This document shows, one piece after another, positions 30,496-40,651 of a DNA stretch of 64,000 bases (the stretch's first letter is position 1; each line of letters starts with the position of its first letter). The position numbers and the translations under genes were made by a program. A model generated the notes under the pieces. It did not search any database, was not told where the DNA came from, and saw only the letters and a list, made by a program, of their open reading frames with translations. This DNA comes from Candidatus Bathyarchaeota archaeon (GTDB taxonomy: Archaea > Thermoproteota > Bathyarchaeia > Bathyarchaeales > Bathycorpusculaceae). The stretch covers positions 288,001 to 352,000 of the forward strand of contig CAWHVC010000003.1 in NCBI GenBank assembly GCA_963832745.1, given 5' to 3'.

Positions 30496-31509
30496 CTATG
30501 CTTTTGGTTTCTCTGCGGGGGCGGCTGCTGGTTCAGGGGCAGGAGCACCGATGGCGTCTCTTAGGTACGACTTGAATGGACCTAGTTTACCGCCGTAGTT
30601 ACCTGCTGAAATCTTGACTACACCAGGACAGTTAATTGAGGCTGCAACACCGACCTGCATAGCTTTGTTAACTGCTTCAAGAGTTAAACCGTTTAGCACT
30701 ATTTCAAAAACGCTGTTAACGCCTTCTGGAACAACCGTGTCTGGAACAACTGTCCGCAATGTTGGGCAGTAGGCTTGGTTTGTTGAAGCTTTTAGCTTGT
30801 ATTTTAATGAGCCTGCTTTGCTTCCTGAACGGCATACACCGCCCGGGAAAGGCATAATTACATCAGGAACTTGCGCACGTATTGCATCTACTGCTGCTTC
30901 TGATGCCGCTAAGGCTTCTGGCTGTGTTTTAGCAAAAATCATATAGTTTCCGCCTGCAACTGCTTCCATTGCGCCAAACCCGTCTTCTACGATAAAGTTT
31001 CCTTCCATTACAGGGATTTTCCAGCATTTTCTTCCGCCAACCATGGTTTTCTTTTGGAAACCGTCACCGAAGTAGCGTAGGCTGCTGCCAATGTTAAGGG
31101 TGCGTTTGCCAAGTAAACCGTTAAACGCAGCGGTTGAAGGGCAAGTCATGACACATTGTCCAATGCGTCCCATAAGTTGACCTTTTAGTTCGAAGCGGTC
31201 ACGGTTGTAAATCTGAATCAGTACACCTGGTCGCTTGTCTGGTGTTTGATCCGCTGGAACTGCGCGTTCGATAGATGCTTCTGCTGAAGCAGCAATTACG
31301 CTTGTGGCGTAACCTGTAGTTATGCTTCCAGCGATTTGTGCCCATTTCTCGTTTTGGGCTGTGATTAGAACTCTTCCCACCCAAAGCGGGAACATTTCAG
31401 CGAAAGTATCACTTACTTTAACGGTTTGACCCGAGGCTGACTTTACAAGAAAAACCTTTTCTTTATCGTCATAACCGGTAATTTCAAGCTTGTTAGTATT
31501 TAATGACAT
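30496..31509 (-). CDS. ftr: Formylmethanofuran:tetrahydromethanopterin formyltransferase
   Basis: DTFAEMF, TPDKRPG, RIGQCVMTCP, FGDG, PFPGG..RSGSK, ISAGNYGGKLG. Confidence 0.93.
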   Translation of the reverse strand: MSLNTNKLEITGYDDKEKVFLVKSASGQTVKVSDTFAEMFPLWVGRVLITAQNEKWAQIAGSITTGYATSVIAASAEASIERAVPADQTPDKRPGVLIQIYNRDRFELKGQLMGRIGQCVMTCPSTAAFNGLLGKRTLNIGSSLRYFGDGFQKKTMVGGRKCWKIPVMEGNFIVEDGFGAMEAVAGGNYMIFAKTQPEALAASEAAVDAIRAQVPDVIMPFPGGVCRSGSKAGSLKYKLKASTNQAYCPTLRTVVPDTVVPEGVNSVFEIVLNGLTLEAVNKAMQVGVAASINCPGVVKISAGNYGGKLGPFKSYLRDAIGAPAPEPAAAPAEKPKA

Positions 31510-31699
31510 GGAAGAGACCTTGGATTCACTTGGGACTTGTATAATTTAAGAGTTTTCTTAAAAACCACTTTGTTTGTTCGAGTTTAGGCTTAATTTAATT
31601 GTTAAATCATGCATTTAGTGCTTATTTGACGCTTTATCAAACAGGGCACAACTACAAAACGCGTTAATTCAAGGGCCATTAAAAGAACAGAAAATGTCT

Positions 31700-32770
31700 T
31701 TAGAATAGCGCGTAAGGATAGAATTGCTTGGAAGAGTAATATTTGCCTTTGATAGGCAATTGGTTTCCACAGAATTTACAGTGCATGTCACCGGTTAAGT
31801 TCCATTGGACGATTTCGAATCCTTCACGGCGTATCACTGCTTCCCTGCATGCGGGACAATAGGTGTTTTCTGCAACGTGCCCAGGCACATTTCCAAGATA
31901 CGTAAACAGTAACCCTTCACCTTTGGCAACAAGGTAAGCATGCTCCATATCTTCAATAGGCGTAGCTGGAACAGTGGTCATTTTGTAATCTGGATGAAAC
32001 CTTAACAGGTGAAAAGGAGTGTTTGGACCTAAATAGTCATTAACCCATTTTGCCAAACGCTTTATCCGATACATCGAATCACCAGTTTTGGGAACAACAA
32101 GATTTGTGATTTCAATATGAACCCCATCAAGCTTGAATTCTTTTAAAGCGTCAAAAATCGGTTTCACGTCAGGCACTGCGGAAACAGTCTTGTAGAATTT
32201 AGGGTCAGCAGCTGCTTTAAAATCCACCGTTACAGCATCAAGATACGGCGAAATTGCCTTAACAGCCTCAGGAGTCATATAACCGTTCGTTACAAACGTG
32301 TTAAAAAGACCTGCCTCGTGAGCAAGCCGAGCGGTGTCGTAAGCGTACTCCATGAAAATGGTGGGTTCAGTATAAGTGTAGCTGATTCCTTGACAATCAG
32401 CCTCTTTTGCTTGTCTAACGATTTCTTCAGGCGATAATGGGTTGCCAGCAACTTCCTTGTCTTGGCTTATCATCCAATTATCGCAGAATTGGCACCTAAA
32501 ATTGCACCCCGCCGCCGCTACTGACAGCACCGACGCGCCAGGGTTAAAATGAGAAAGCGGTTTTTTGCCGATTGGGTCGACAGCGAGTGAAACAGCTTTA
32601 CCGTAATTTAAAGTATAAAGTTTACCGCCTTGATTTTTTCTGACCAAACAGAAGCCGGTTGAGCCATCGCTGATTAAGCAGCGTCTTGCGCACAAACAGC
32701 ATTTTACCTTGTTATCTTCTTCGCGTGTGTAAAGCATTGCTTCATGAAGTGACATTTCAGACTTCACCAA
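31700..32770 (-). CDS. amrS: AmmeMemoRadiSam-system radical SAM enzyme
   Basis: CLCARRC...GFCLVR, DPIGKKPL.HF.PG, GCNFRCQFCDNW, YTYTEP, RFHP, TYCPAC. Confidence 0.9.
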   Translation of the reverse strand: MVKSEMSLHEAMLYTREEDNKVKCCLCARRCLISDGSTGFCLVRKNQGGKLYTLNYGKAVSLAVDPIGKKPLSHFNPGASVLSVAAAGCNFRCQFCDNWMISQDKEVAGNPLSPEEIVRQAKEADCQGISYTYTEPTIFMEYAYDTARLAHEAGLFNTFVTNGYMTPEAVKAISPYLDAVTVDFKAAADPKFYKTVSAVPDVKPIFDALKEFKLDGVHIEITNLVVPKTGDSMYRIKRLAKWVNDYLGPNTPFHLLRFHPDYKMTTVPATPIEDMEHAYLVAKGEGLLFTYLGNVPGHVAENTYCPACREAVIRREGFEIVQWNLTGDMHCKFCGNQLPIKGKYYSSKQFYPYALF

Positions 32771-32887
32771 ATAAAAGAGACAATAAACTGACTCTCTTCA
32801 TAGAATTATGAAGCTTTTTTCTTAATAACTTTTAGCTTGAACCTTTTCTGCATTGGATAAAACATATACATAGTTAACGCTAACTGT

Positions 32888-33364
32888 TTGTATCCATGTG
32901 AGGCACCGGTTTTGGCGAGGACAGGCAAAGAAGAGCTGGAAGGAATCACTCTTAAAGTGTATCTTTATGTGGTGAAAAAGAAGGCTCCAGTGGGCACACG
33001 TGAAGTTACCCGCGGATTAAATCTTAGCAGTCCCAGCGTTGCATACAGGCATCTGGAAAAACTGGAAACAATGGATTTGCTACAGAAGAACCAGTACGGC
33101 GAATACACTGTTAAACAGAGGGTAAACCTTCCTGGATACACTTGGATGGGTAGGCATCTTTTGCCGAAAATGCTGCTTTATTCAACGGTTTTTGCCGCTA
33201 TTTTGGTGGTGGAGTTGGTGGTGTTAGCGCTTCATTTTACAGTTGAAACTTATGAGTTCAAAGTTTTTTTTGCGTTGCTTATCTTGATAACCTGTTTAGC
33301 GTTGGCAGTATTCATTGTTGAGGATTTAAGACAGGGTAGAAGAAGAACTGTTTTAGCTCAATAG
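32888..33364 (+). CDS. Winged-helix regulator with two C-terminal TM helices
   Basis: TLKVYLY...GTREVTRGLNLSSPSVAYRHLEKL...GEY followed by two hydrophobic helices. Confidence 0.8.
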   Translation: MYPCEAPVLARTGKEELEGITLKVYLYVVKKKAPVGTREVTRGLNLSSPSVAYRHLEKLETMDLLQKNQYGEYTVKQRVNLPGYTWMGRHLLPKMLLYSTVFAAILVVELVVLALHFTVETYEFKVFFALLILITCLALAVFIVEDLRQGRRRTVLAQ

Positions 33365-33408
33365 GAAGGTTTTCTGCTGAAAAAGTTTTGAAGCCTTAAA
33401 CATGGCTT

Positions 33409-34161
33409 TTGGCAAAAAATTTCTATACTTGGACTTGCCTGTTAAGTAAAACAGGACTACCCAGCAACCAAATTGGCTTAGAGGGGCAGAATCTGAAAAA
33501 CAAAAAGTTCATAATCGTTTTAGCGGTGTTTCTGGTTTCAGTAACGCTGGTGTATTCAATAGTCTCGTTAGGAAACGTTCCAAACAACCAAAACGGTAAG
33601 CTTGCCCGTGTTGCCTGTATGGGTGATAGTATCACGGAAGTTTCCGGTTACCCTGAAGATTTGCAAGCGCTGCTTGGTAACGATTCGGTTGTAGGCAATT
33701 TTGGTGCCAGAGGGGCAACAGTAAGCTTTGGTTCTGTTAACCCATACTATTTTCATGAACAGTATCCAGACGCGGTCGATTTTCAACCTTCTACAGTTAT
33801 TTTGATGCTTGGAACCAACGATGCCCGGTCAGACACATACAAACTGATAGACAGTTTTGTCAGCAATTATGAAAGAATCATTGAAGGAATCCAGAATTCA
33901 AATGACAGCAGCACAGCACAAATTTTCTTGGTGAAGCCTCCGCCGATTCTGGAAAATGACTTAAACCTCAGCAGCACAGCCTTCGCTGAAGGAGTAATAC
34001 CCAAAATAGAACAAGTCGCAAACGAAACCAACGTGCAAATAATTGATCTTTACACACCCCTGCTGAATCATCCAGAATACTATCTTGATGGCGTGCACCT
34101 AAACAGTGAAGGCGCCCAATACATCGCAGACATTATCTATCAAGCCATCAAAAACCAGTAA
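33409..34161 (+). CDS. SGNH/GDSL hydrolase (acetylesterase-like) with N-terminal anchor
   Basis: GDSIT, NFGARG, LGTND, DGVH; start may be CTG at 33493. Confidence 0.9.
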   Translation: MAKNFYTWTCLLSKTGLPSNQIGLEGQNLKNKKFIIVLAVFLVSVTLVYSIVSLGNVPNNQNGKLARVACMGDSITEVSGYPEDLQALLGNDSVVGNFGARGATVSFGSVNPYYFHEQYPDAVDFQPSTVILMLGTNDARSDTYKLIDSFVSNYERIIEGIQNSNDSSTAQIFLVKPPPILENDLNLSSTAFAEGVIPKIEQVANETNVQIIDLYTPLLNHPEYYLDGVHLNSEGAQYIADIIYQAIKNQ

Positions 34162-34163
34162 GT

Positions 34164-35246
34164 TTAACCGATAAGTTTTCTTAAAATCGGCACTTTGCGC
34201 ATAAGCAGAATCAAACCTACAGTTATAAAAAGCGTAATAACTGTGATTAACGGGATTTCTATAATAGGGTTTAAAGTTACAGCGCTTAATGTGAAACCGA
34301 AAAAGCCCCTCTGCAGAGACTCCAAAATAATGACATGCAGCAAGAAAATTGGCAAAGTATTTTGACCGATGACTTTGATGACTCTGCTTAGGGTTGCATG
34401 GGTTTTTCCAGGCCAATCGGGTGGACGAATCTTTATCAAAAGCATGAAAAAGGCAATTGAACCTAAGATTACGTTTGCGGTTAGGTAATCAAAAAAGAAA
34501 CTATTTTTGTCCATGTAAGCTAATGGATAATTCATTAGCCAAACGCCAAATATTGTCCAAACACAACTCAACGCCAACAAACCATACAAGAAAATGAATC
34601 GCACGTGTACCCTTTGCAGGTATATACCTAAAGCGAAGTAGCCTATCCAACCGATTATTAGAAACACTAAATTGTAAAACGTGTAGATTCCGGCTAACTG
34701 TATGATGGGCACAACCGCTACGGCCAAAAACCACAACAGTATCAGGTACCTTAGAACATTCCATTTTCCATTGCAAATCATTGCCCTTAAAATCGGCGTA
34801 ACCAAATAAAGACCAATTATAAGATACAAAAACCAGAAGTGAAAATACGAACCACTAAAAACACCGAAAAGCGTTGCCTCTGCAATATTGCCCCAAGTTA
34901 AAGGCATCTGACTAATGAAAAAACCCCAAACTAAATAGACGACGGTCCAGAAAGCAAAAGCCAACCCGATACGGCTTAACCGTTTCTTTAGAAAGACACG
35001 GATGGGTTCATCTAGCTTGCTGGGTTGAAGAAGCAATGAACCACTTAACATTACGAACAATGGAACACATGACAAAGAGATTGTTTTGTAAATAACTGCG
35101 GTCCACCAGTAAGAATCTGGGACACATGCCAATTGAAGGATTTCGTTTGAAGCATGCAGCGTTATAACTAAAACTATGGCTATGGTGCGAATGAGGTCAA
35201 CTGGATAATCAACTTTACCTGCATCCTCGTTATCCCGTCCAAACAG
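34164..35246 (-). CDS. Acyltransferase family 3, paralog of 22025-23137
   Basis: VPLFVMLSG, HFWFLY; frame extends 5' of the ORF call through DLIRTIAIVLVITLH to a CTG at 35246 preceded by GAGGTG. Confidence 0.88.
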   Translation of the reverse strand: MFGRDNEDAGKVDYPVDLIRTIAIVLVITLHASNEILQLACVPDSYWWTAVIYKTISLSCVPLFVMLSGSLLLQPSKLDEPIRVFLKKRLSRIGLAFAFWTVVYLVWGFFISQMPLTWGNIAEATLFGVFSGSYFHFWFLYLIIGLYLVTPILRAMICNGKWNVLRYLILLWFLAVAVVPIIQLAGIYTFYNLVFLIIGWIGYFALGIYLQRVHVRFIFLYGLLALSCVWTIFGVWLMNYPLAYMDKNSFFFDYLTANVILGSIAFFMLLIKIRPPDWPGKTHATLSRVIKVIGQNTLPIFLLHVIILESLQRGFFGFTLSAVTLNPIIEIPLITVITLFITVGLILLMRKVPILRKLIG

Positions 35247-35435
35247 TCCCCGGCACCTCAGAACAGAAAGTAGAATACCAAATTTAGCTCAGATTATATA
35301 AAACTGCTTGAGGCAAAAACAAAAAGCAAAAAAGTAGGAAGCCAAACGATAAAATGCTAACAAAAAATGCGCTCAACCAACGTAAGTTAAACAACCACTA
35401 AAAAAACTAAAAACGGCAGGAAAGGTACTCTTGTA

Positions 35436-35588
35436 GCCCATGATAGTGACCGCTTGCAGTGTAATGTCAACTAATTGCGTTGCTTTATTTTTTACACAAC
35501 CTATTAGGATCCAAATAGAGGTTCTATGCAGAAACCTATAGGGGTAGGTCGTATTGGATTGAAATCAAGTCACTGGTATATTGAAAAA
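35436..35588. repeat. Dispersed non-coding element, copy C
   Basis: 15-mer CGTTGCTTTATTTTT shared with A; 20-mer shared with B; tail TAGGTCGTATTGG.TTGA...GTCA...TAT..TGAAAA. Confidence 0.85.
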
Positions 35589-35645
35589 CCGTTAATTTAC
35601 AGGAACCTTCCTGTATACGAAAGCATCAACAAAACAAACAAAAAA

Positions 35646-36464
35646 TTAGGGTTTCTTGTTTAAGCTGCTAATTATGCTTTCAAAAATTAGTTTGCCGTCG
35701 CCGTATTGTGTCATGTGTTGTTTGCTTGTCCAGTCGGGTTCTTGCCACCAGTACATTGCACGCTCAGGATGGGGCATTAAGCCGAAGATGGTGCCTTCCT
35801 TGTTACAGATGCCCGCGATGTCATAAAAAGCCCCGTTAGGGTTGGTTGGATAAGTTTCGTCTGCAGGGTTGCCGTTTTCATCGCAGTACCGGAAAACCAA
35901 CATATCATTGTCGATGAGTTGTTGTAGCATTTGCTGTTCCTTCTCTACTGGAAAGAGTAAGCGCCCTTCTCCGTGGGCTATCGGGATTTTGAGCACTTTG
36001 CCCTGAGGGACTTGGCTGGTGAAAAGGCATTTGCCACGGTTTTCGTTTTTAAGGTAAATCCATTCGCATTTGAAGCCTTGAGGCTCATTTGTGGTTAAAG
36101 TTGCTTCGGGGTATTGACTGGTGCCTTCAAAGCCGGGCAGCAAACCGTATTCGACAAGGATTTGGAAGCCGTTACAGATGCCAAGTATTGGTCTGCCCTC
36201 GTCTACAAACTGTTCCATTTGTTTACCCAACTTGGCACTAAGCGAACGCGCAAAGATAACGCCTGAACGCACGTAGTCGCCAAAAGAGAAGCCTCCGGGA
36301 AAGACCAGCACGTTATAATCCAATAAACTGCCACTTTTCACCAATTCGTTAACATGCTTGATTTCGGTTTGTACACCAAGTTCTTGGAACGCACGGGCTG
36401 TTTCAGCATCACAGTTAGTTCCGCCAGCACGTATAACGCAAACTTTGATTTCTTCAGTCTTCAA
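35646..36464 (-). CDS. purQ: FGAM synthase glutaminase subunit
   Basis: GTNC, PGGFSFGDY, GICNGFQ, AHGEG, MPHPER. Confidence 0.96.
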   Translation of the reverse strand: MKTEEIKVCVIRAGGTNCDAETARAFQELGVQTEIKHVNELVKSGSLLDYNVLVFPGGFSFGDYVRSGVIFARSLSAKLGKQMEQFVDEGRPILGICNGFQILVEYGLLPGFEGTSQYPEATLTTNEPQGFKCEWIYLKNENRGKCLFTSQVPQGKVLKIPIAHGEGRLLFPVEKEQQMLQQLIDNDMLVFRYCDENGNPADETYPTNPNGAFYDIAGICNKEGTIFGLMPHPERAMYWWQEPDWTSKQHMTQYGDGKLIFESIISSLNKKP

Positions 36465-36467
36465 TTT

Positions 36468-38843
36468 TTAAGCCTCCGCCAAAGTTTTCTTCCAAGCCGC
36501 CCGTAACTCCGAAAGTTCAGCATCAACTGCTAAGGCGCCGTTTAAGCCATGAATCCGCAGGCGTTCAGCGTCTGTTACTTCGCCAATCAAAGCACAGCTC
36601 TTGTTCATTAAGTCCTCGAAATCATAACGGTCTTTTGATGCGACTTCGATTAAGAAGCGACTGTTAGATTCAGAGAACAACATAAAATCGTTCCTCGTCA
36701 CTTCCTTGTTGGGTACAGCTTTAAGGTCAAGTTCCATGCCGATGCCGCCTGCAAACGCCATTTCCGCTGCCGCCACCGCTAATCCTCCTTCTGAAAGGTC
36801 ATGGCAAGCTTTTACCAAGCCTTGGTCAATGGCTTTAGTTAGGTCAAAGTAGGCTTTACGGGCTTTAGATGTATGCAGTTTTGGTACACTCGCGCCGAGG
36901 TAACCTTGGAGTTTGTAGTATTCTGAACCGCCAAGTTCGGGGTAAGTGTCGCCGAGAAGGTAGAGTAGGTTTCCAGGCTCCTTAAGCTCCATGGAAACTG
37001 TTGAACGCAAATCTGGAACAACACCGATTGCCGTTATCAGCAGGGTCGGCGTGATTGGACCCAGCGGGGACTCGTTGTAAAGGCTGTCTTTGCCAGAAAT
37101 AAACGGTGTCCGATACGCTTTTGCCACGTCATAGCAAGCTTGGCAAGCTCGTACGAGGGAACCGAGGCGTTCAGCCTTTTCAGGATTCCCCCAAGTGAAA
37201 TTGTCCAAAATTGCAATTCGGCGTCCACCAACAGCAAGATTGTTTCTGATTGCTTCATCAATCGCTGCGGCTGCCATCCAGTAAGTGTCAATTTTACCGT
37301 AATTAGGATTCATGCCACACGAAATTGCAAGACCCTTCCAAGAGTCGTCAAGCGGTTTTAACACTGCTGCGTCGTTGGGACCAGCGTATTTGCCCTGAAA
37401 CGGTTTGAGGGCAGTGTTTCCTTTGACTTCATGGTCATAAGTACGCACCACACTTTCTTTGCTTGCAATGTTTGGTGCACCAAGCAGCTGCATCAGGGTT
37501 TGGGTTAGGTTTGCTGGTTCGAAAAACGCAGGTTCAGTAAGAGCTAACTTTTCGAGGGTAGCTTTTTTTGTGGTCGTGCAAGGATTAAACAGGAAAACCA
37601 TATCCAAATCAGCAACAACTGCACCCTGATAAGTGAGCCGCAGGTGACGTTCAGGAGTTAATGTGCCTATGGCGTTAGCTTCAACTTCTTCCTGCTCAAA
37701 AACTGCCAAAACAGCCTCCAAGTTTTCAGGAGGAACTGCAAACAGTTGGCGCTCTTGGGATTCTGAAATGTAAATTTCCCATGGAGCAAGTCCCTGATAC
37801 TTCAACGGGACCTTGGAAAGCTCTACGGTTACGCCGCATCCGTATCTTTCTGCGGTTTCGCCCACGCCCGAGGATAAGCCGCCGCCGCCAAGGTCAGTAG
37901 TTGCGGAAGCCAGTTGACGGTCGCGGATGATGATTATTGCGCGTTTGAGTTTTTCTTCCTCTATTGGGTCAGCGATTTGCACTGCTGGACGACTAACTTC
38001 TTCAGATTTCTCTGTAAGTTCAGCAGAAGCAAACGTGACACCGTGAATGCCGTCTCGCCCTGTTTTTCCGCCTGCCATTACTATGTAGTCGCCGACTTTA
38101 GCGTTTTTAGTGTACTTGCTAAGAGGCAATAGGCCGATGCAGCCGCAGTAAACGGTGACGTTGCCTGTGTAGGATTCGTCAAAGTAGATGGCACCGTTAA
38201 CGGTTGGGATGCCCATGTTGTTGCCGTAAGCGCTGATGCCTGCCGTTACGCCCATGTAGACATATTTGGGGTGTTTAACGCCTACTGGAAGCTTGTTGTA
38301 ATCGTAATCTAAGGGGCCAAAACCCAACACGTCAGTGCATGCGATTGGGTCAGCCCACACTCCAAGAATGTCACGGATTACTCCTCCAACGCCTGTAGCG
38401 GCACCACCGAACGGTTCCACTGCGGATGGATGGTTGTGAGTTTCAACTTTAGCGGCTATTCCGAAGCCTTTGTCGAATTTGACTATGCCTGCATTGTCTT
38501 CGAAGACGCTAAAACACCAAGGGGCATTGATTTCCTTGGTAGCTTTTGCAAGGTAGGTCTTAAAGAGGCTATTGATTTCTTTGCCGTCAAACTCTATTTT
38601 GCCTTTAAACGTTTTGTGGCAACAGTGTTCTGACCATGTTTGGCTGATTATTTGAAGTTCCACATCCGAGGGGTTACGGTTTTTGGCTTTGAAGTAGGTT
38701 TGCACTTCTCTCATTTCGTCAAGGCTTAAGCCAAGTGCGAGTTCGCTACTAACTTCGAGGAGGTCATTGTCTGTGGCTTTGGCTAATGCTACTTCAACAA
38801 CATTACTTGCCGTGGCACTTCGAATGTAGAGGTTAGCGTTCAT
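36468..38843 (-). CDS. purL: FGAM synthase subunit PurL
   Basis: WSEHC.HK, ETHNHPS, TGRDGIHG, DLGGGG, ESQER, SGKDS, HDLSEGG. Confidence 0.97.
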   Translation of the reverse strand: MNANLYIRSATASNVVEVALAKATDNDLLEVSSELALGLSLDEMREVQTYFKAKNRNPSDVELQIISQTWSEHCCHKTFKGKIEFDGKEINSLFKTYLAKATKEINAPWCFSVFEDNAGIVKFDKGFGIAAKVETHNHPSAVEPFGGAATGVGGVIRDILGVWADPIACTDVLGFGPLDYDYNKLPVGVKHPKYVYMGVTAGISAYGNNMGIPTVNGAIYFDESYTGNVTVYCGCIGLLPLSKYTKNAKVGDYIVMAGGKTGRDGIHGVTFASAELTEKSEEVSRPAVQIADPIEEEKLKRAIIIIRDRQLASATTDLGGGGLSSGVGETAERYGCGVTVELSKVPLKYQGLAPWEIYISESQERQLFAVPPENLEAVLAVFEQEEVEANAIGTLTPERHLRLTYQGAVVADLDMVFLFNPCTTTKKATLEKLALTEPAFFEPANLTQTLMQLLGAPNIASKESVVRTYDHEVKGNTALKPFQGKYAGPNDAAVLKPLDDSWKGLAISCGMNPNYGKIDTYWMAAAAIDEAIRNNLAVGGRRIAILDNFTWGNPEKAERLGSLVRACQACYDVAKAYRTPFISGKDSLYNESPLGPITPTLLITAIGVVPDLRSTVSMELKEPGNLLYLLGDTYPELGGSEYYKLQGYLGASVPKLHTSKARKAYFDLTKAIDQGLVKACHDLSEGGLAVAAAEMAFAGGIGMELDLKAVPNKEVTRNDFMLFSESNSRFLIEVASKDRYDFEDLMNKSCALIGEVTDAERLRIHGLNGALAVDAELSELRAAWKKTLAEA

Positions 38844-39091
38844 TATTGTTCCACTACGCTTATTGTGTAATTGTCTTTGGTTGGGTTCGCTAAGAGACGT
38901 TTGCTCATTTCTTCAGCTTTAGCCTTAGCCTCACTTGGCGAGGAAGCCTCAAGCATGACGGTGTAAACTTTGCTTACATCAACTTTTTCAACTTGGTAAC
39001 CGAGTTCTTTGAGAAGGTGCGCGGTGGTTTCGCCTTCAGGGTTGCTATGACCCGTTTTTAGGCTTACTTCGATTTTGGCAGCGTATTTCAT
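38843..39091 (-). CDS. purS: FGAM synthase subunit PurS
   Basis: NPEG...LG.....V.VSK...LLANP; stop/start overlap with purL. Confidence 0.92.
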   Translation of the reverse strand: MKYAAKIEVSLKTGHSNPEGETTAHLLKELGYQVEKVDVSKVYTVMLEASSPSEAKAKAEEMSKRLLANPTKDNYTISVVEQ

Positions 39092-39341
39092 GAACCTTTA
39101 ATTGAGAATGTAGTAGATTTAAACACTTTCGTTATAACAATGAATTATTTTGTGTTAATTAGTAAAAATAGGCTGCTTACTTTTTTGTTTAGTAGTTGTT
39201 GCCGCAGAGTCCCTTAGCACAACAACAACCAACAGACTGTGTAGGCGTTTGCTTTTTGTTTCCTGTTTGTGGGTTAGGCTGCTGTTTGGTTGTGGCGTTT
39301 TCTACAACCAGATAGAGGATGGCACGCAGGCACCAATCAAT

Positions 39342-40268
39342 CTAATCTTTTTTCCGTTGTCGAATCAAATAAACCCCAATAATGCTTACAGAACAGATAA
39401 CGGCTACCGCTATAGCGACTTCTATTGTTAAACTTGGAGTTAATGAATCGTCAGGTGTAGGTGTTGTTTCAGAAGCCAATATTGATGCTGTAACGTTATA
39501 TGGCTTCATCAAAGGGTACAAATCGTTAATTTTCGGTCTTGAATTATACGTTGTATCGCCAATACCATCTCCGTTAGCATCGGTGCCATTATAATCACTC
39601 CAAAAATTACCTGTACCATTATAATCAAAAGCATTAGAACCTGCTGACGCAAATCCGTTGTGAACATAGAAATTGTTTTTGTAAAAAGTGTTATTGCTTG
39701 ATAGCATTTCAATAAGGTATATGGTGTTTTCTGTGATTATGTTATTGCTACCTTCGATATGGATGCCGTACATGAGGTTTTGTGTTATGAGGTTATTATT
39801 GCTGTTTATGTAGATTATCGGGTATAGACCACTTGTAACGTTATTTCTCACGATAGTATTGTAGCCGCCCTTTATGCTCATGCCAGCACCGTTATGATCA
39901 AAGTGACTGTTTTCAATCACGTTATGTGATCCGTCAACTCTTACAGCGACACTACCGACATTTACTACATTGAAATTTTTTACGGTTGCATAGTTGCTAT
40001 TTATGAAGATCTGCCCTTGTGTTGTGTACCCTGCACCATCTAGTATGATGTTGTTACATGCTATTTCTATACCCGTGATGTTTGCTGTTAACGTATAGGT
40101 GTTTCCTGAGCGTTGGATGGGTGCTGACGAGGGATTTACTGAACCGTCATTTTGGATTGTAATTGTTGATGTGTCTATGGCAGAAACAAAACAATCTTTA
40201 GTAATTAAAACTGTAGTCAAGCATAACGTTACGACCAAAAAAAGAATGTATGCATTTATTCTCATCAA
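39342..40268 (-). CDS. NosD/CASH parallel beta-helix surface protein
   Basis: Signal peptide; ITIQNDGSV.P..APIQR.GN.YTL; Asn-rich repeats; GNFWSDYNGTDANGDGIGDT; C-terminal TM. Confidence 0.88.
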   Translation of the reverse strand: MMRINAYILFLVVTLCLTTVLITKDCFVSAIDTSTITIQNDGSVNPSSAPIQRSGNTYTLTANITGIEIACNNIILDGAGYTTQGQIFINSNYATVKNFNVVNVGSVAVRVDGSHNVIENSHFDHNGAGMSIKGGYNTIVRNNVTSGLYPIIYINSNNNLITQNLMYGIHIEGSNNIITENTIYLIEMLSSNNTFYKNNFYVHNGFASAGSNAFDYNGTGNFWSDYNGTDANGDGIGDTTYNSRPKINDLYPLMKPYNVTASILASETTPTPDDSLTPSLTIEVAIAVAVICSVSIIGVYLIRQRKKD

Positions 40269-40651
40269 AGCTTTTCACTTAATTCCTAAATTTGGTCAAT
40301 TAATATTTGGAGAAAGATACTTTTAACTTTTTTTCTGATAAAGAATTTAGCTCAAAAATGTGGAGAATAAACGGTCTTTTATTTAACTGTTTTCCCATAT
40401 ATTTCTTTTAGCTATAAATTTTACTTAAATTCTAGTCTTTATTGACTAAATTATGTTAAGTTGATTGTGCTGATCAGGGTTTTATCGTAAGCAACAAGTT
40501 ATAAGATGGTAAATAGTAGAAAAACAGAATTCGGATTAGAGTTGAATTGAGATGTTTCCAAGAACATGGAATGTATAACGATTTATCGTTTCTTGCAGTA
40601 GAGAGTACCAAATTTCTTGAAAACACGCCAAAACAACTCTAGGAAGAAAAA

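Noticed and set aside
39170-39300. Short matches (AAACAAAAAGCAAA; CAAAAAAGTA.G.AGCC) between this spacer, 35315-35345 and 10120-10160
   Set aside because: Low-complexity A/C- or G/T-rich sequence; significance cannot be established by eye.
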